A stretch of DNA of 32,404 nt from Rubrivivax sp. (GCA_031403895.1 JANNGN010000023.1:1-32404); one strand, 5' to 3'. Positions 1 through 9,754 are shown, counted from the stretch's first letter. Numbers and translations: made by a program. Notes: a model not told the origin generated them from the letters alone.

Positions 1-506
1 CCCGCCGCCACCAGGCCGTGGTTGGCCAGCAGGCAGGCATCGCGGTCTTGCAGCGCCTGGCCCACGGCTTCAGACAGCGCTTCGGTGCCGAAGGTGAAGT
101 ACGGCACCAGCGGCACCGAATCACCCCCGGCCACCGCCACCATGTAGTGGAATGCCGGCAGCGGCCGGCGCAGGCAGGCCAGTGCGGCGGCGTGGGTGGA
201 GTGGGTGTGTACGACGGCGTTCAGGTCGGGCCGCGCCAGGTACGCTGCCTGGTGGAAATGCCATTCCGACGATGGCTGCCAGTCGCCCCGCACGCTGCCC
301 TCAAAGCCCACCCACACCAGGTCCTGCGCGCGCAGTCCGTCGGCGCCCATGCCGGTGGGGGTGATCAACATCCCCGGGCCGTGACGGGCACTGACGTTGC
401 CTGTGCTGCCCCGGTTCATGCCCAGCGCGTCGAGCCGCTGCACGGCGGCGACGAGCGCACTGCGCAGTTCGGTTTCGGGCACGTCTTCGGTCACGTCTTC
501 GGGCAT
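1..506 (-). CDS. Class II aldolase/adducin family protein, probable 5-methylthioribulose/5-deoxyribulose-1-phosphate aldolase (Ald2-type); 3' end lies outside the window
   Basis: Absent from the ORF track; translated by hand from ATG 506: [25 protein letters not shown]...GSTGNVSAR...MLITPTG...PSSEWHFH...VVHTHSTHA...[10 protein letters not shown]...CLLANHGLV. Contains the FucA-type SSE, HxH and NHG motifs. Start overlaps the end of mtnA. Confidence 0.9.
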   Translation of the reverse strand, partial: MPEDVTEDVPETELRSALVAAVQRLDALGMNRGSTGNVSARHGPGMLITPTGMGADGLRAQDLVWVGFEGSVRGDWQPSSEWHFHQAAYLARPDLNAVVHTHSTHAAALACLRRPLPAFHYMVAVAGGDSVPLVPYFTFGTEALSEAVGQALQDRDACLLANHGLVAA

Positions 507-1591
507 GGTTGCTTCTCCATCAGCGCACGCAGCGCGGTTTCATCGGCAGCCACGAGACCGCGCTCGGTGATGAGCCCGCTGACCAGCCGCGCAGGCGTGA
601 CATCGAAAGCCGGGTTGGCGGCGCGCGTGCCCTCGGGCGCAATGCAGACCTCCACCACGTCGCCAGCCGCCGTGCGCCCATGCAGGTGCGTGACTTCGCG
701 CGCGCTGCGTTCTTCGATCGGTATCTGCGCCAGGCCGTCGTGCAGCTTCATGTCCAGCGTCGATGTGGGCATGGCAACATAAAACGGCACGCCGTTGTCA
801 AAGGCCGCCAGCGCCTTCAGGTAGGTGCCGATCTTGTTGCAGACATCGCCGCGCGCGGTGACGCGGTCGCAGCCGACGATGCACAGATCAACTTGCCCAC
901 GCTGCATCAGGTGCCCGCCAGCGTTATCAGCCACCAGCGTGTGCGGCACGCCGGCCTGGGCCAGTTCCCACGCCGTCAGGCTGGCGCCCTGGTTGCGCGG
1001 CCGTGTTTCATCAACCCACACATGCACGTCGATGCCCGCCGCATGGGCCTGGTAAATGGGCGAGGTGGCGGTGCCCCAATCGACGGTGGCCAGCCAGCCT
1101 GCGTTGCAGTGCGTGAGCACGTTCACAGGCCCCGGCTTGCGCAAGGCCACGGCCTGCAGCAGCGCCAGGCCATGGTGGCCGATGGCTTCATTGACGCGCA
1201 CATCTTCTTCGGCGATGGCATCTGCCGCGTCCCACGCCAGTTGTCTGCGTGCGCCCGGCGCGGCCGGCCGCAGCAGCGCCAGCATGCGGTCCAGCGCCCA
1301 CATCAGATTCACGGCGGTGGGCCTGGATTCGCGCAGTTTCAGCGCGGCGGTTTCGAGCGCGTCGTCGGACGCGTCGGCATTGCATTGCAGCGCCAGGCCA
1401 TAGGCGGCGGTGGCGCCGATCAGCGGCGCGCCGCGCACCCACATGTCGCGGATGGCGGTCACGACGGCCTGCACCGTTTGCAGCCTTTCGGTGTGCAGGC
1501 GGTGCGGCAGCAGGCGCTGGTCGATCACCACCACCGCGCTGCGCTGGCTCTCAGCGCGCAGCGGGAGCAGGGCTTGGCCGGCGACCTTCAA
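491..1591 (-). CDS. mtnA: S-methyl-5-thioribose-1-phosphate isomerase
   Basis: Motifs [65 protein letters not shown]. Confidence 0.96.
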   Translation of the reverse strand: MKVAGQALLPLRAESQRSAVVVIDQRLLPHRLHTERLQTVQAVVTAIRDMWVRGAPLIGATAAYGLALQCNADASDDALETAALKLRESRPTAVNLMWALDRMLALLRPAAPGARRQLAWDAADAIAEEDVRVNEAIGHHGLALLQAVALRKPGPVNVLTHCNAGWLATVDWGTATSPIYQAHAAGIDVHVWVDETRPRNQGASLTAWELAQAGVPHTLVADNAGGHLMQRGQVDLCIVGCDRVTARGDVCNKIGTYLKALAAFDNGVPFYVAMPTSTLDMKLHDGLAQIPIEERSAREVTHLHGRTAAGDVVEVCIAPEGTRAANPAFDVTPARLVSGLITERGLVAADETALRALMEKQPCPKT

Positions 1592-1598
1592 GAGCGCC

Positions 1599-2480
1599 TC
1601 ATGACGCTGGCTTCAGCACACGCCCGGCAATGCCCTGCAGCTTGGCCACCAGCGCCGGGTCGCGCGCTTCGGGCGCGGTGATGAGCGCAAAGCTCAGCGC
1701 CTGGCGGCAAGCGCAAGCCACCGCAGAAGTGTCGGCGCTGATCGTGCCGGCAAGCCCGGCCACCAGCGTCTTGGCGGCCTGCGCGTTGCTCAGCAGCACC
1801 TTGATCACGGCGTCCACCGTCACCGCTTCATGCCCGCTGTGCCAACAGTCAAAGTCAGTGACCATGCTGACCGAGCAATAACAAAGCTCGGCCTCGCGCG
1901 CCAGCTTGGCTTCGGGCATGTTGGTCATGCCGATGACGCTGGCGTTCCAGCTGCGGTAGAGCTGCGATTCAGCCAGCGTCGAAAACTGCGGCCCTTCCAT
2001 CGCCAGGTAGGTGCCGCCGCGCACGTGTGGCACGCCCATTGCGGCAAGCGCGGCCTGCACGTGGTCGCCCAGGCGCGGGCACACGGGCTTGGCCATCGAC
2101 ACATGCGCCACCATGCCGGTGCCGAAGAAGCTCTTGGCGCGCGCAAAGGTGCGGTCGATGAACTGATCGACGATGACGAAGGTGCCCGGCGGCAGGTCGG
2201 CGCGCAGCCCGCCCACCGCCGACACCGACAGCACGTCGGTGGCGCCGATCTGCTTGAGTGCCGCTACATTGGCGCGGTAGTTCACTTCGGAAGGCGGGAT
2301 GCGGTGGCCCCGGCCGTGACGCGGCAGGAAGGCCAGTTCAGCGCCGTTCAAGCTGCCGCAAAAGACCTGGTCCGAGGGCTCGCCCCACGGCGTGGCAATG
2401 GTTTCCCAGCGCGTGTTGCTCAGGCCCGGCAAGTCGTAGAGGCCGCTGCCGCCGATGATGGCCAGGAGGGGTTGGGTCAC
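1599..2480 (-). CDS. mtnP: S-methyl-5'-thioadenosine phosphorylase
   Basis: Motifs [59 protein letters not shown]. Confidence 0.95.
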   Translation of the reverse strand: MTQPLLAIIGGSGLYDLPGLSNTRWETIATPWGEPSDQVFCGSLNGAELAFLPRHGRGHRIPPSEVNYRANVAALKQIGATDVLSVSAVGGLRADLPPGTFVIVDQFIDRTFARAKSFFGTGMVAHVSMAKPVCPRLGDHVQAALAAMGVPHVRGGTYLAMEGPQFSTLAESQLYRSWNASVIGMTNMPEAKLAREAELCYCSVSMVTDFDCWHSGHEAVTVDAVIKVLLSNAQAAKTLVAGLAGTISADTSAVACACRQALSFALITAPEARDPALVAKLQGIAGRVLKPAS

Positions 2481-2923
2481 GGATGTTTGTCCTTGTTCTT
2501 GAAGAGGCGCTTCGGTGCCATGTCCGACACCGACGATTCCACCAGGTCTTTCAGCACCGCCATGTCCACATCAGCCAGGCGCTTGAGGTACAGGCAGACC
2601 TTGCCGGTCTTGTGTTTTCCCAGCTCTGCCAGCAGCGCCTGGTAGCGGTCGAAGCCGGGCACGATATAGACCGTGAGGTCATTCTTGCGCGGCGAGAAAC
2701 CCACCACCGGCGACTCGCCCGTGCTGCCGTTGGCCAGTGCATAGCGGTAGCTGCCAAAGCCGACGATGGCGCTGCCCCACAGGCAGGCCTTCTCGCCGGT
2801 GGCGCCCTCCATCAGCCTGAGTAGCGCGTAGCAGTCGGCGCGGCGGCTTGGCTCAGCCACGGCCGCGATGAAATTCTCGACGCTGGCCGTGGTGGCAACA
2901 GTCTTTGGCGACGACTGGCTCAT
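2477..2923 (-). CDS. DUF1801 (YdhG-like) domain protein
   Basis: Start at MSQSSPKT (ATG 2923, overlapping the dusA stop). Motifs LWGSAIVGFGSYRY, GFSPRK, LGKHKTGKVCLY. Confidence 0.8.
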   Translation of the reverse strand: MSQSSPKTVATTASVENFIAAVAEPSRRADCYALLRLMEGATGEKACLWGSAIVGFGSYRYALANGSTGESPVVGFSPRKNDLTVYIVPGFDRYQALLAELGKHKTGKVCLYLKRLADVDMAVLKDLVESSVSDMAPKRLFKNKDKHP

Positions 2924-3957
2924 GAGTGAGAGCCTGCGAAGTCTGGCGCATGGTGCTGCTGATCCAGCACCGCAACCTTGGCGCCTGCGCCGGCGAGCGC
3001 ACTGACGCGGCGCGGTGACTCGGCTTTCAGCCGGTGGTCCGACCACACCTGGCGCCAGCGCCGTGCGCCCGGCAGCCCGTTGCGCAAACCCAGCATGTGG
3101 CGCGACGCGTGCGACCAGGGCACACCCTGCGCGGCCAGCTGCTCCATGTAGTCAACGTAGCCCTGCTCGACCGCGTCGCGTGAGGCGCCCACGCCGGCTG
3201 CGCCGAAGAAGCGCGCATCCCAGCCCGCCATGGCGAAGGGCTCGTGGTAGGCATGGCGCCCCACCATCACGCCGTCCACATGCTGCAGGTGCAGCGCGAT
3301 GGCGGCGTCGTCAACGATGCCGCCGTTGAGCACGATGGTGAGTTGTGGAAATTCGGCTTTCAGCCGCCAGGCCAGGTCGTGGCGCAGCGGCGGCACTTCG
3401 CGGTTCTCCTTCGGGCTCAAGCCCTTCAGCCAGGCATTGCGTGCATGCACGATGAAGACCTCGCAGCCACCGCGAAGCGCCACCGTGCCGACGAAGTCGC
3501 GCATGAAACCGTAGTCCTCGACGCGGTCGATGCCAATGCGGTGTTTCACCGTCACCGGCAGCGGGGTCGCGTCGCGCATCGCCTTCACGCAGTCGGCCAC
3601 CAGTTCGGGCTCGGCCATCAGGCAGGCGCCAAAAGCGCCGCGTTGAACGCGTTCACTCGGGCAGCCGCAGTTGAGGTTGACCTCGTCGTAGCCCCACTGT
3701 TCGGCCAGCTTCGCGCAAGCCGCCAAGTCGGCGGGTTCACTGCCACCGAGTTGCATCGCGACCGGGTGTTCTTCGTCGCTGAAGTCCAGATGCCGTGGCA
3801 CATCGCCGTGCAGCAGCGCGCCAGTGGTCACCATCTCGGTGTACAGCCGCGTGTGGCGCGTCAGCAGGCGGTGGAAGTAGCGGCAATGGCGGTCGGTCCA
3901 GTCCATCATTGGGGCTGTACACAGACGCCAGGGGTTAAGTGGTTGATTTGATTGCAC
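2920..3957 (-). CDS. dusA: tRNA dihydrouridine(20/20a) synthase DusA
   Basis: Motifs APMMDWTDRHCRYF, LYTEMV, QLGGS, NLNCGCPSERVQ, VTVKHRIG, VHARNAWLKGLSPKENREVPPL, GVMVGR. Start uncertain; GTG at 3957 chosen. Confidence 0.95.
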   Translation of the reverse strand: MQSNQPLNPWRLCTAPMMDWTDRHCRYFHRLLTRHTRLYTEMVTTGALLHGDVPRHLDFSDEEHPVAMQLGGSEPADLAACAKLAEQWGYDEVNLNCGCPSERVQRGAFGACLMAEPELVADCVKAMRDATPLPVTVKHRIGIDRVEDYGFMRDFVGTVALRGGCEVFIVHARNAWLKGLSPKENREVPPLRHDLAWRLKAEFPQLTIVLNGGIVDDAAIALHLQHVDGVMVGRHAYHEPFAMAGWDARFFGAAGVGASRDAVEQGYVDYMEQLAAQGVPWSHASRHMLGLRNGLPGARRWRQVWSDHRLKAESPRRVSALAGAGAKVAVLDQQHHAPDFAGSHS

Positions 3958-4057
3958 TAACTTTTTCTCTGTCGGTCCACACTTTGGTGGCACCGACGGC
4001 GTCGATGTGTCCACAGCCGGATTCCCACTTGTGCATGGTACTGAATGAGTTTTAAAC

Positions 4058-4171
4058 CATGACCTGGCCGCAGACTGCGCCGCCGACGGCATCTACGAGT
4101 TCATGTTCTGCGCCCCGCCGCTGCCCATCACCAAGGGCTGCGGCTCGCCGATCAACCCGATGGCGATCAAG
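4058..4171 (+). pseudogene. C-terminal remnant of a cyclase-family (kynurenine formamidase-like) metallohydrolase
   Basis: Frame from 4058 reads HDLAADCAADGIYEFMFCAPPLPITKGCGSPINPMAIK, a typical cyclase-family C-terminus. No upstream gene body; CAA sits where a stop would be expected. Confidence 0.75.
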
Positions 4172-4286
4172 CAACGCCGCCGCGCGGGCGGCCACGGGCA
4201 GCGGCGTGACCGAATACTTTGCCGGCCGCGATGCCTGCAACGTGGCGGCTACGCTCGGCCTGTCGCCGGGCGGTGACTTGTAGCCA

Positions 4287-4370
4287 TCGGCCGCTACTTC
4301 AGCCGCAACATCAACCGCAAAATCAGCCGCAACGACAGACGCAACTTCAGCCGCAACCTCGCCCGCCACG
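4287..4370. repeat. Degenerate 12-bp tandem repeat, about 7 units (TCAGCCGCAACN)
   Basis: tcggccgctact/tcagccgcaaca/tcaaccgcaaaa/tcagccgcaacg/acagacgcaact/tcagccgcaacc/tcgcccgccacg, ending just before ATG 4373. Confidence 0.85.
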
Positions 4371-4372
4371 CC

Positions 4373-5995
4373 ATGAGCTGGACCACCCCTCCCCACGTCA
4401 CGCTGCGCCGCGAGCGGCACTTCGGCGACCGTGTGCCGGCCTGCCTGGCCGACCGCCCGGCCAGCCCCTACGCCGCCTTCGAGCAGGCTGTGCGCGAGCG
4501 CCCAGAGGCCGAGGCGCTGGTGATCGACACCCAGCGCTGCAGCTATGCCGCGCTGGACGCCCATGCCGCGCGCGTGGCGGCCAGCCTGGCGGCGCGCGGC
4601 GTGGGCGCGGGTGATCGCATCGCGCTGTGGCTTAACAACCGGCTCGAATTCGTGACGATGCTGCTGGTGGCATGGCGCCTGGGTGCCATCGTGGTGCCGA
4701 TCGGCGCCCGCCTGCAAGGCCCCGAGGTGGCCTACATCGTGCAGCACTGCGGCGCCGTGGTGCTGGTACACGAGGCGGCGCTGGCCGGCCGCCTGCCGGA
4801 TGCAATCGATACACCTTCGCTGGCCCTGCGCGTGTCCGCCGGCGGTGCGGTTGACGGCAGCGAACCCTACGAGGCGCTGGCCCAGGGGCTACCCGTGATG
4901 GCCCGGCCGCTGCGGGAGGACGGTGTCGCCGCCATCCTCTACACCTCCGGCACCACCGGCCGGCCCAAGGGCGCCATGGTCACGCACCTGAACCTGGTAC
5001 ACGCGATGCTGACCTACCAGCACGCGATGGCGATGGGCCCCGAGGACCGCACGCTGATGGCGGTGCCCGCCAGTCATGTCACCGGCCTGACCGCCAACAT
5101 CCTGCTCGCATGGGCGGCACAGTGCGCGCTGATCGTGATGCCCGAGTTCAAGGCCGGTGCCTTTCTGGAACTGGCGGCGCGCGAGCGCATGAGCCACACC
5201 GTGATCGTGCCGGCCATGTACAAGCTGTGCCTGCTGCAACCCGAGTTCGCACGCCACGACTTGTCGCACTGGCGCGTGGGTGGCTATGGCGGCGCACCGA
5301 TGGCCGAGGCCACCATCGCCGCGCTGGCCGGGGCGCTGCCACGCCTCGGCCTGTACAACATCTACGGCTCCACCGAGACCACCGGCCCGGTGACCCTGCT
5401 GCCGCGCGAGCTGGCGGCGCAGCGGGCCGATTCCACCGGCTGGGTCGTGCCCACGGCCGAGATCGTGGTGATGGACGAGGACGGCCGCGAGGTTGCGCCC
5501 GGCGCGGCCGGTGAGCTGTGGATCCGCGGGCCGATGGTGGTGCCGGGCTACTGGGCCAACCCCGAGGCCACGCAGCAGGGCTTCGTGGCGGGCTACTGGC
5601 GTTCGGGCGACGTGGGCTCGATCGACGCCGAGGGCTTCGTGCGGGTGTTCGACCGCCTGAAGGACATGCTCAACCGCGGCGGCTACAAGATCTACAGCGT
5701 GGAGGTCGAGGACGTGCTGCTGCAGCACCCCGCAGTGGTGGAAAGCGCCATCGTCGGCAAGCCCTGCCCGGTGCTGGGCGAGCGCGTGCATGCCTTCGTC
5801 TGCCTGAAGCCCGGCTTTGCCGCCGATGCCGCACTGTCCGACGCGTTGCGCCGCCACTGTGCCGAACGCCTGGCCGACTACAAGGTGCCCGAGAGCCTGA
5901 CGCTCGGCCACGCCACGCTGGCGCGCAATGCGAACGGCAAACTGCTCAAGCGCGAGATGCGCGCCCAGATGCAGAACGAAGGAGTGAAGACATGA
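4373..5995 (+). CDS. Class I adenylate-forming enzyme (acyl-CoA ligase)
   Basis: Motifs YTSGTTGRPKG, YGSTET, SGDVG, DRLKDMLNRGGYKIY, RNANGK. Confidence 0.92.
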   Translation: MSWTTPPHVTLRRERHFGDRVPACLADRPASPYAAFEQAVRERPEAEALVIDTQRCSYAALDAHAARVAASLAARGVGAGDRIALWLNNRLEFVTMLLVAWRLGAIVVPIGARLQGPEVAYIVQHCGAVVLVHEAALAGRLPDAIDTPSLALRVSAGGAVDGSEPYEALAQGLPVMARPLREDGVAAILYTSGTTGRPKGAMVTHLNLVHAMLTYQHAMAMGPEDRTLMAVPASHVTGLTANILLAWAAQCALIVMPEFKAGAFLELAARERMSHTVIVPAMYKLCLLQPEFARHDLSHWRVGGYGGAPMAEATIAALAGALPRLGLYNIYGSTETTGPVTLLPRELAAQRADSTGWVVPTAEIVVMDEDGREVAPGAAGELWIRGPMVVPGYWANPEATQQGFVAGYWRSGDVGSIDAEGFVRVFDRLKDMLNRGGYKIYSVEVEDVLLQHPAVVESAIVGKPCPVLGERVHAFVCLKPGFAADAALSDALRRHCAERLADYKVPESLTLGHATLARNANGKLLKREMRAQMQNEGVKT

Positions 5996-6746
5996 GTGAA
6001 AGCCTGAAGGGCAAGGTGGCGCTGGTCACCGGTGGTGCGGGCGGCATCGGCCGCGGCATCTGCGAGGTGCTGGCGGCCGAGGGTGCCAGCGTGATCGTCG
6101 GCTACAACCGATCGCGCGACGAAGCTGCGGCGCTGGTCGATCGGCTGCCGCATCCTGCAGCGGGCCACCTCGCGCTGGCGGTGCCGGTGACCGATTCCGC
6201 CGCGCTTGCCGCACTGGCTGTTGGCTTGGCGCAGCGCCCCTGGCGACTGGACATCCTGGTCAACTGCCACGGCACCACGCGCTTTGTGGCGGCGCAGGAT
6301 CTCGACGCGCTGGACGACGAGCTGATCGACCGCGTGCTCGCCACCAACGTGCGCGGCACCTTTGCCACGGTGCGCGCGCTGCGCCCGTTGCAGGCGCGGG
6401 ACGGCACCGGCCTGGTCGTCAACATCTCGTCGATCGCGGCCACGCTGCCGATCGGCAGCAACATCATGTACTGCGCCTCCAAAGCGGGGGTGGACACGCT
6501 CACGAGGTCGCTGGCGCTGGCGCCGGCGCCGCAGATCCGGGTGGTGTCGGTGTCGGGGGGCTGGTGCTCACCGAATCGGCAAAGCAGTTCGACCCCGCGT
6601 TCCTGGATGGCCATGTGCAGCGCACGCCGCTCAAGCGCCTGAGCACGCCCGAGGACATCGGCCGCAGCGTGGTGGCGCTGGCCACGCTCCTGAGGGCCGT
6701 CACCGGCGTCATCCTGCCGGTGGATGCGGGGCGCAGCCTGAGCTGA
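5992..6746 (+). pseudogene. Short-chain dehydrogenase/reductase, frameshifted at a G run near 6555-6560
   Basis: MSESLKGKVALVTGGAGGIG and YCASK are in one frame; the SDR C-terminus (LVLTE...RTPLKRLSTPEDIG...VTGVILPVDAG, stop 6746) is in another. Confidence 0.85.
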
Positions 6747-6836
6747 CGCCATGGCCGAGGTCACGCCAGCCCTCCCGATCGAGCCGCTGCGCGACGACGA
6801 GACGGCACCCGGCTGTCGAACCTTGTCTGCGCGCCG

Positions 6837-6896
6837 TTGGCCGAGGTGCTGGCCGAGGTGATGGCCGAGGTCATGGCCGAGGTCATGGCCGAAGTG
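6837..6896. repeat. 12-bp tandem repeat, 5 units (ATGGCCGAGGTS), with one isolated copy at 6751-6762
   Basis: ttggccgaggtg/ctggccgaggtg/atggccgaggtc/atggccgaggtc/atggccgaagtg. Confidence 0.9.
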
Positions 6897-6919
6897 ATGG
6901 GCCTCGTGCCGTCGCTGCG

Positions 6920-7423
6920 ATGAACGAGCTGCCCGAACTGCTGAGTGCCGCGCGGCGCTTCGAAAGCCCTGTCGACGTTGCGGCCCATGTGGGCCAGAAC
7001 GTGTGCGTCAGCGCCTGGGCGCTGGTGGATCAGCAACGCATCGACACCTTTGCGTGGACCACTGGCGACTTCCAATGGATTCACATCGATCCCGCACGCG
7101 CCGCTGCCCAGTCGCCCTACGGCGGCACCATCGCGCATGGCTTTCTCACGCTGTCGCTGCTGGGCCAGTTCTTTGAGGCCTTTCTGTCGTACGCGCTGCC
7201 CTTCTGCGACATGGGCCTCAACTACGGGCTGAACCGCGTCCGCTTCACCCACCCCGTGCGCAGTGGCAGCCGGGTGCGTTGCCGGCTGCAGCTGGACAAG
7301 GTGGAGGCTGTGCCGCACGGGCTGCAACTCACCTTTGGCGTGACGATCGAAATCGAAGGCGAAGAGCGCCCCGCCTGTGTCGCTGAATCGGTGGTGCGGC
7401 GCCTGTTTCCGCGCGCGGTGTGA
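6920..7423 (+). CDS. MaoC-family dehydratase
   Basis: Starts MNELPELL; hydratase-2 motif region FAWTTGDFQWIHIDP, TIAHGFLTLSL, LNYGLNRVRF. Confidence 0.9.
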   Translation: MNELPELLSAARRFESPVDVAAHVGQNVCVSAWALVDQQRIDTFAWTTGDFQWIHIDPARAAAQSPYGGTIAHGFLTLSLLGQFFEAFLSYALPFCDMGLNYGLNRVRFTHPVRSGSRVRCRLQLDKVEAVPHGLQLTFGVTIEIEGEERPACVAESVVRRLFPRAV

Positions 7424-7548
7424 GATTGCCCCTGGAATCCGATCCCCCACAGTCACGAATTGACTTGCAGGGCCTGCGCGGCAAGCCGGTTGGCGCAGTC
7501 CGCAGCAGGAAGACGCCAGCGTGTACCTGCCCCCGCAGCAGGCGCGCT

Positions 7549-9675
7549 TCAGCGCCTGAGCCGCAGCGCGCTGATGCCCAGCAGGCCCAGCGCCCACAGC
7601 GCCAGCGAGGTCGGCTCGGGCACCGCGCCGACCGCCACGTTGGGGCCCTGGAAAGTCACCCCGATGACGTTGCCCAGGTCGTCCGAAAACGGGAACGACG
7701 GGCTCTCGCTCAGTTGCACCAGGCTGTTGCCGATCGCCCTGGCGCTGAACTGCCGCGTCGCGATGCTGAAGTCGCCTGTCGGCAGCACGGCCCTGAAGCT
7801 GTTGAAGAAGACATCGTGCAGTCTGCCCAGCGTGTTGTCGATCCGGCCGTTGCTGCTGATGAACTCCCACACCACGGTGTTCACGCTGACGCTGGTGAGT
7901 GACAGCACGCCGGGGTCGAAGCTGAGGTTGAAGCCGCCGCCGACCACGTTGTCGATGAAGCCGCTGCCGCGCACCTGCACGGCAAAGCTTTCGCCGATGT
8001 TGAGGTCGGCACGGCTCTGGCCGCTGCCGCCGAAGGCCGCTTTCACCAGGGCGAGGTCGATGCTGTTGACGAAACCGTCGTTGTTGACCGTGCCGTCACC
8101 CGAACCAACGCGCAGCGTGAAGTTGCCGACATGGCCGCCCAAGGCGATGCTGCCATTGCCGTCCACGTTGATCAGCGTGCGGCCGATCACGCGCCCGTTG
8201 GCGGGGTCGATGGCCACCGCAGTCACCATCTCCGGTGGCGCCATGTTCTGCGGACAGCCGACGCAAGGCTGGCGCGGCACGTTGATGAACGCGGTGTCGC
8301 GCAGCACCGACAGGTTGATGGTGCTGAAGTTCCACGGCGGCGAGACACGCAACTTGACAGTCGGGTCGCCGAGCAGGATGTGGATGCTCAGCTGGTGGCG
8401 CAGCCCTTCCACGCCGACGACGGCGCCGTTGTCGCTGGGGTGCAGGTTGCTGGTGCTGCCGGCGTCAACAGCAGCCATGTAGGCGCGGCCGTGGTTGAGC
8501 ACATCACCCAGGCGGCGCACCGGCTGGGTGCCGCCAAAGCCAGGCGCCAGACCCGGGAAGATGGCATCGAAGCGCCCGATCGTCAGGTGGCCGTTGTCAA
8601 CGGTGCTGCTGTTGCAGGTGTCGCCGATGACTGCCAGCGCGCCGTCGGCCTTGCGCACGAAGGCTTCGGCCCAATAGACGCTGCCGACGCTGGGGCCAAG
8701 GCCGCCACCGACCTTGTTGGGCGCCAGGTCCACCGTCTCGTTGTCGAACAGGCCGCTGGCGCAGTTGATGCTGAAGACCACCGGGTACTGGTTGTTCGTG
8801 ACCGAGATGGCGCCCAGGTCGGAGGTGTTGAAGTTGGGGTCCACCCAGCCGTTCCAGCCGCCATGGTCGCGGTGGTAGAGCAGCGCAGTGCCGGTGTTGA
8901 CGGCAGTGATGATGTCGGCCTTGTCGCCATCCCAGGCAAAGGCGGGCTTGCGCAGGTCGCTCGGCACGCTGCTGCCGCTGCGCCAGGTGAGCGGGTTGCT
9001 GGCCAGGCTGGCCTTGTAGATGCGCCTGACGTTGAAGCTGTTCGCCAGCGCGTGGTTGCGGGTGCGCTCGGTGACTTCGGCAAACCAGCGCAGGTCGGTG
9101 CTGCCGCTGCCCTCGAAGAACGAGGCGAAGGTCAGGCGCTGGTAGAAGTTCAGCATCGCATTGGGCGCACCGTTGCCCATGGCCGGCGGGCAGTTCTCGA
9201 AGGCCATGACCTTGGCCACCATGGTGTCGGCCTGCGACAGCGTGTCCACCGGGAAGCGGCCGATGCCGATCGCCGGCACGGTCTCGGCGCTGGCGCCGGG
9301 CATGAACTGGCCGTACCAGATGTCGCCGGCGTTCTTCGAGCTGGTGTACCAGTTGTTCTGGTCGTAATGCGTCGGCAGCTTCTCGGCGTCGCCCAGCAGC
9401 AGCAGCCACTTCGGCTTCACCGCGCGCTCGTTGCAGTAGTCGGCGACCCAGCTTCGGATCTGGGTGTCGGTGGCCGCGGCGCCGGTGCCCGAAATCGTCT
9501 GCGTCGTGACGACGGCGGTCGAGATGCCCAGCATCTCCTTGTGCGCCTTCAGCGCATTGGCAGCACTCAGAAAGTCGGGGTGCGTGACGATGAGCAAGCG
9601 CGCGCCGAAGATCGTTGCTGACACCCGCATCGGGTTGGCGCAGGTGCTGCTCAGCTGGGCCTGGTTGAGGGCGTC
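7549..9675 (-). pseudogene. 5'-truncated chimeric ORF: C25 (gingipain-like) cysteine peptidase + partial dockerin-like motif + cohesin-like domain + PEP-CTERM sorting signal
   Basis: C25 motifs LLIVTHPDF, WLLLLGD, IGIGRFPV, YHRDHGGWNGW, FSINCASG, ILLGDPT. Dockerin-like VNNDGFVNSIDLALVKAAFG...RADLN (8088-7999). Cohesin-like GESFAVQV...FNLSFDPGVL...IATRQFSARAIGNS (7998-7624). C-terminal VPEPTSLALWALGLLGISALRLRR. The frame stays open upstream of ATG 9630 to a stop near 9676; no signal peptide. Confidence 0.75.
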
Positions 9676-9754
9676 TCAGAATTCGGATCGCAAAGTACGC
9701 CAAGCAATGGTCAGCGGCTGAAGCGGCAGGCCAGAAGGGATAGCGCGCGCGACG

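Noticed and set aside
1-506. Calling the aldolase mtnB or fucA
   Set aside because: The sequence is FucA/Ald2-like ([10 protein letters not shown]), not obviously MtnB-like, and there are no fucose genes here; the context favours Ald2, so no symbol was assigned.
4059-4283. The 74-aa ORF as a real gene or integrase start
   Set aside because: The coding signal lies in a different frame (the cyclase remnant), and there are no integrase motifs.
4287-6896. Short repeat arrays as possible CRISPR arrays
   Set aside because: Contiguous 12-bp units with no spacers, and no cas genes are present.
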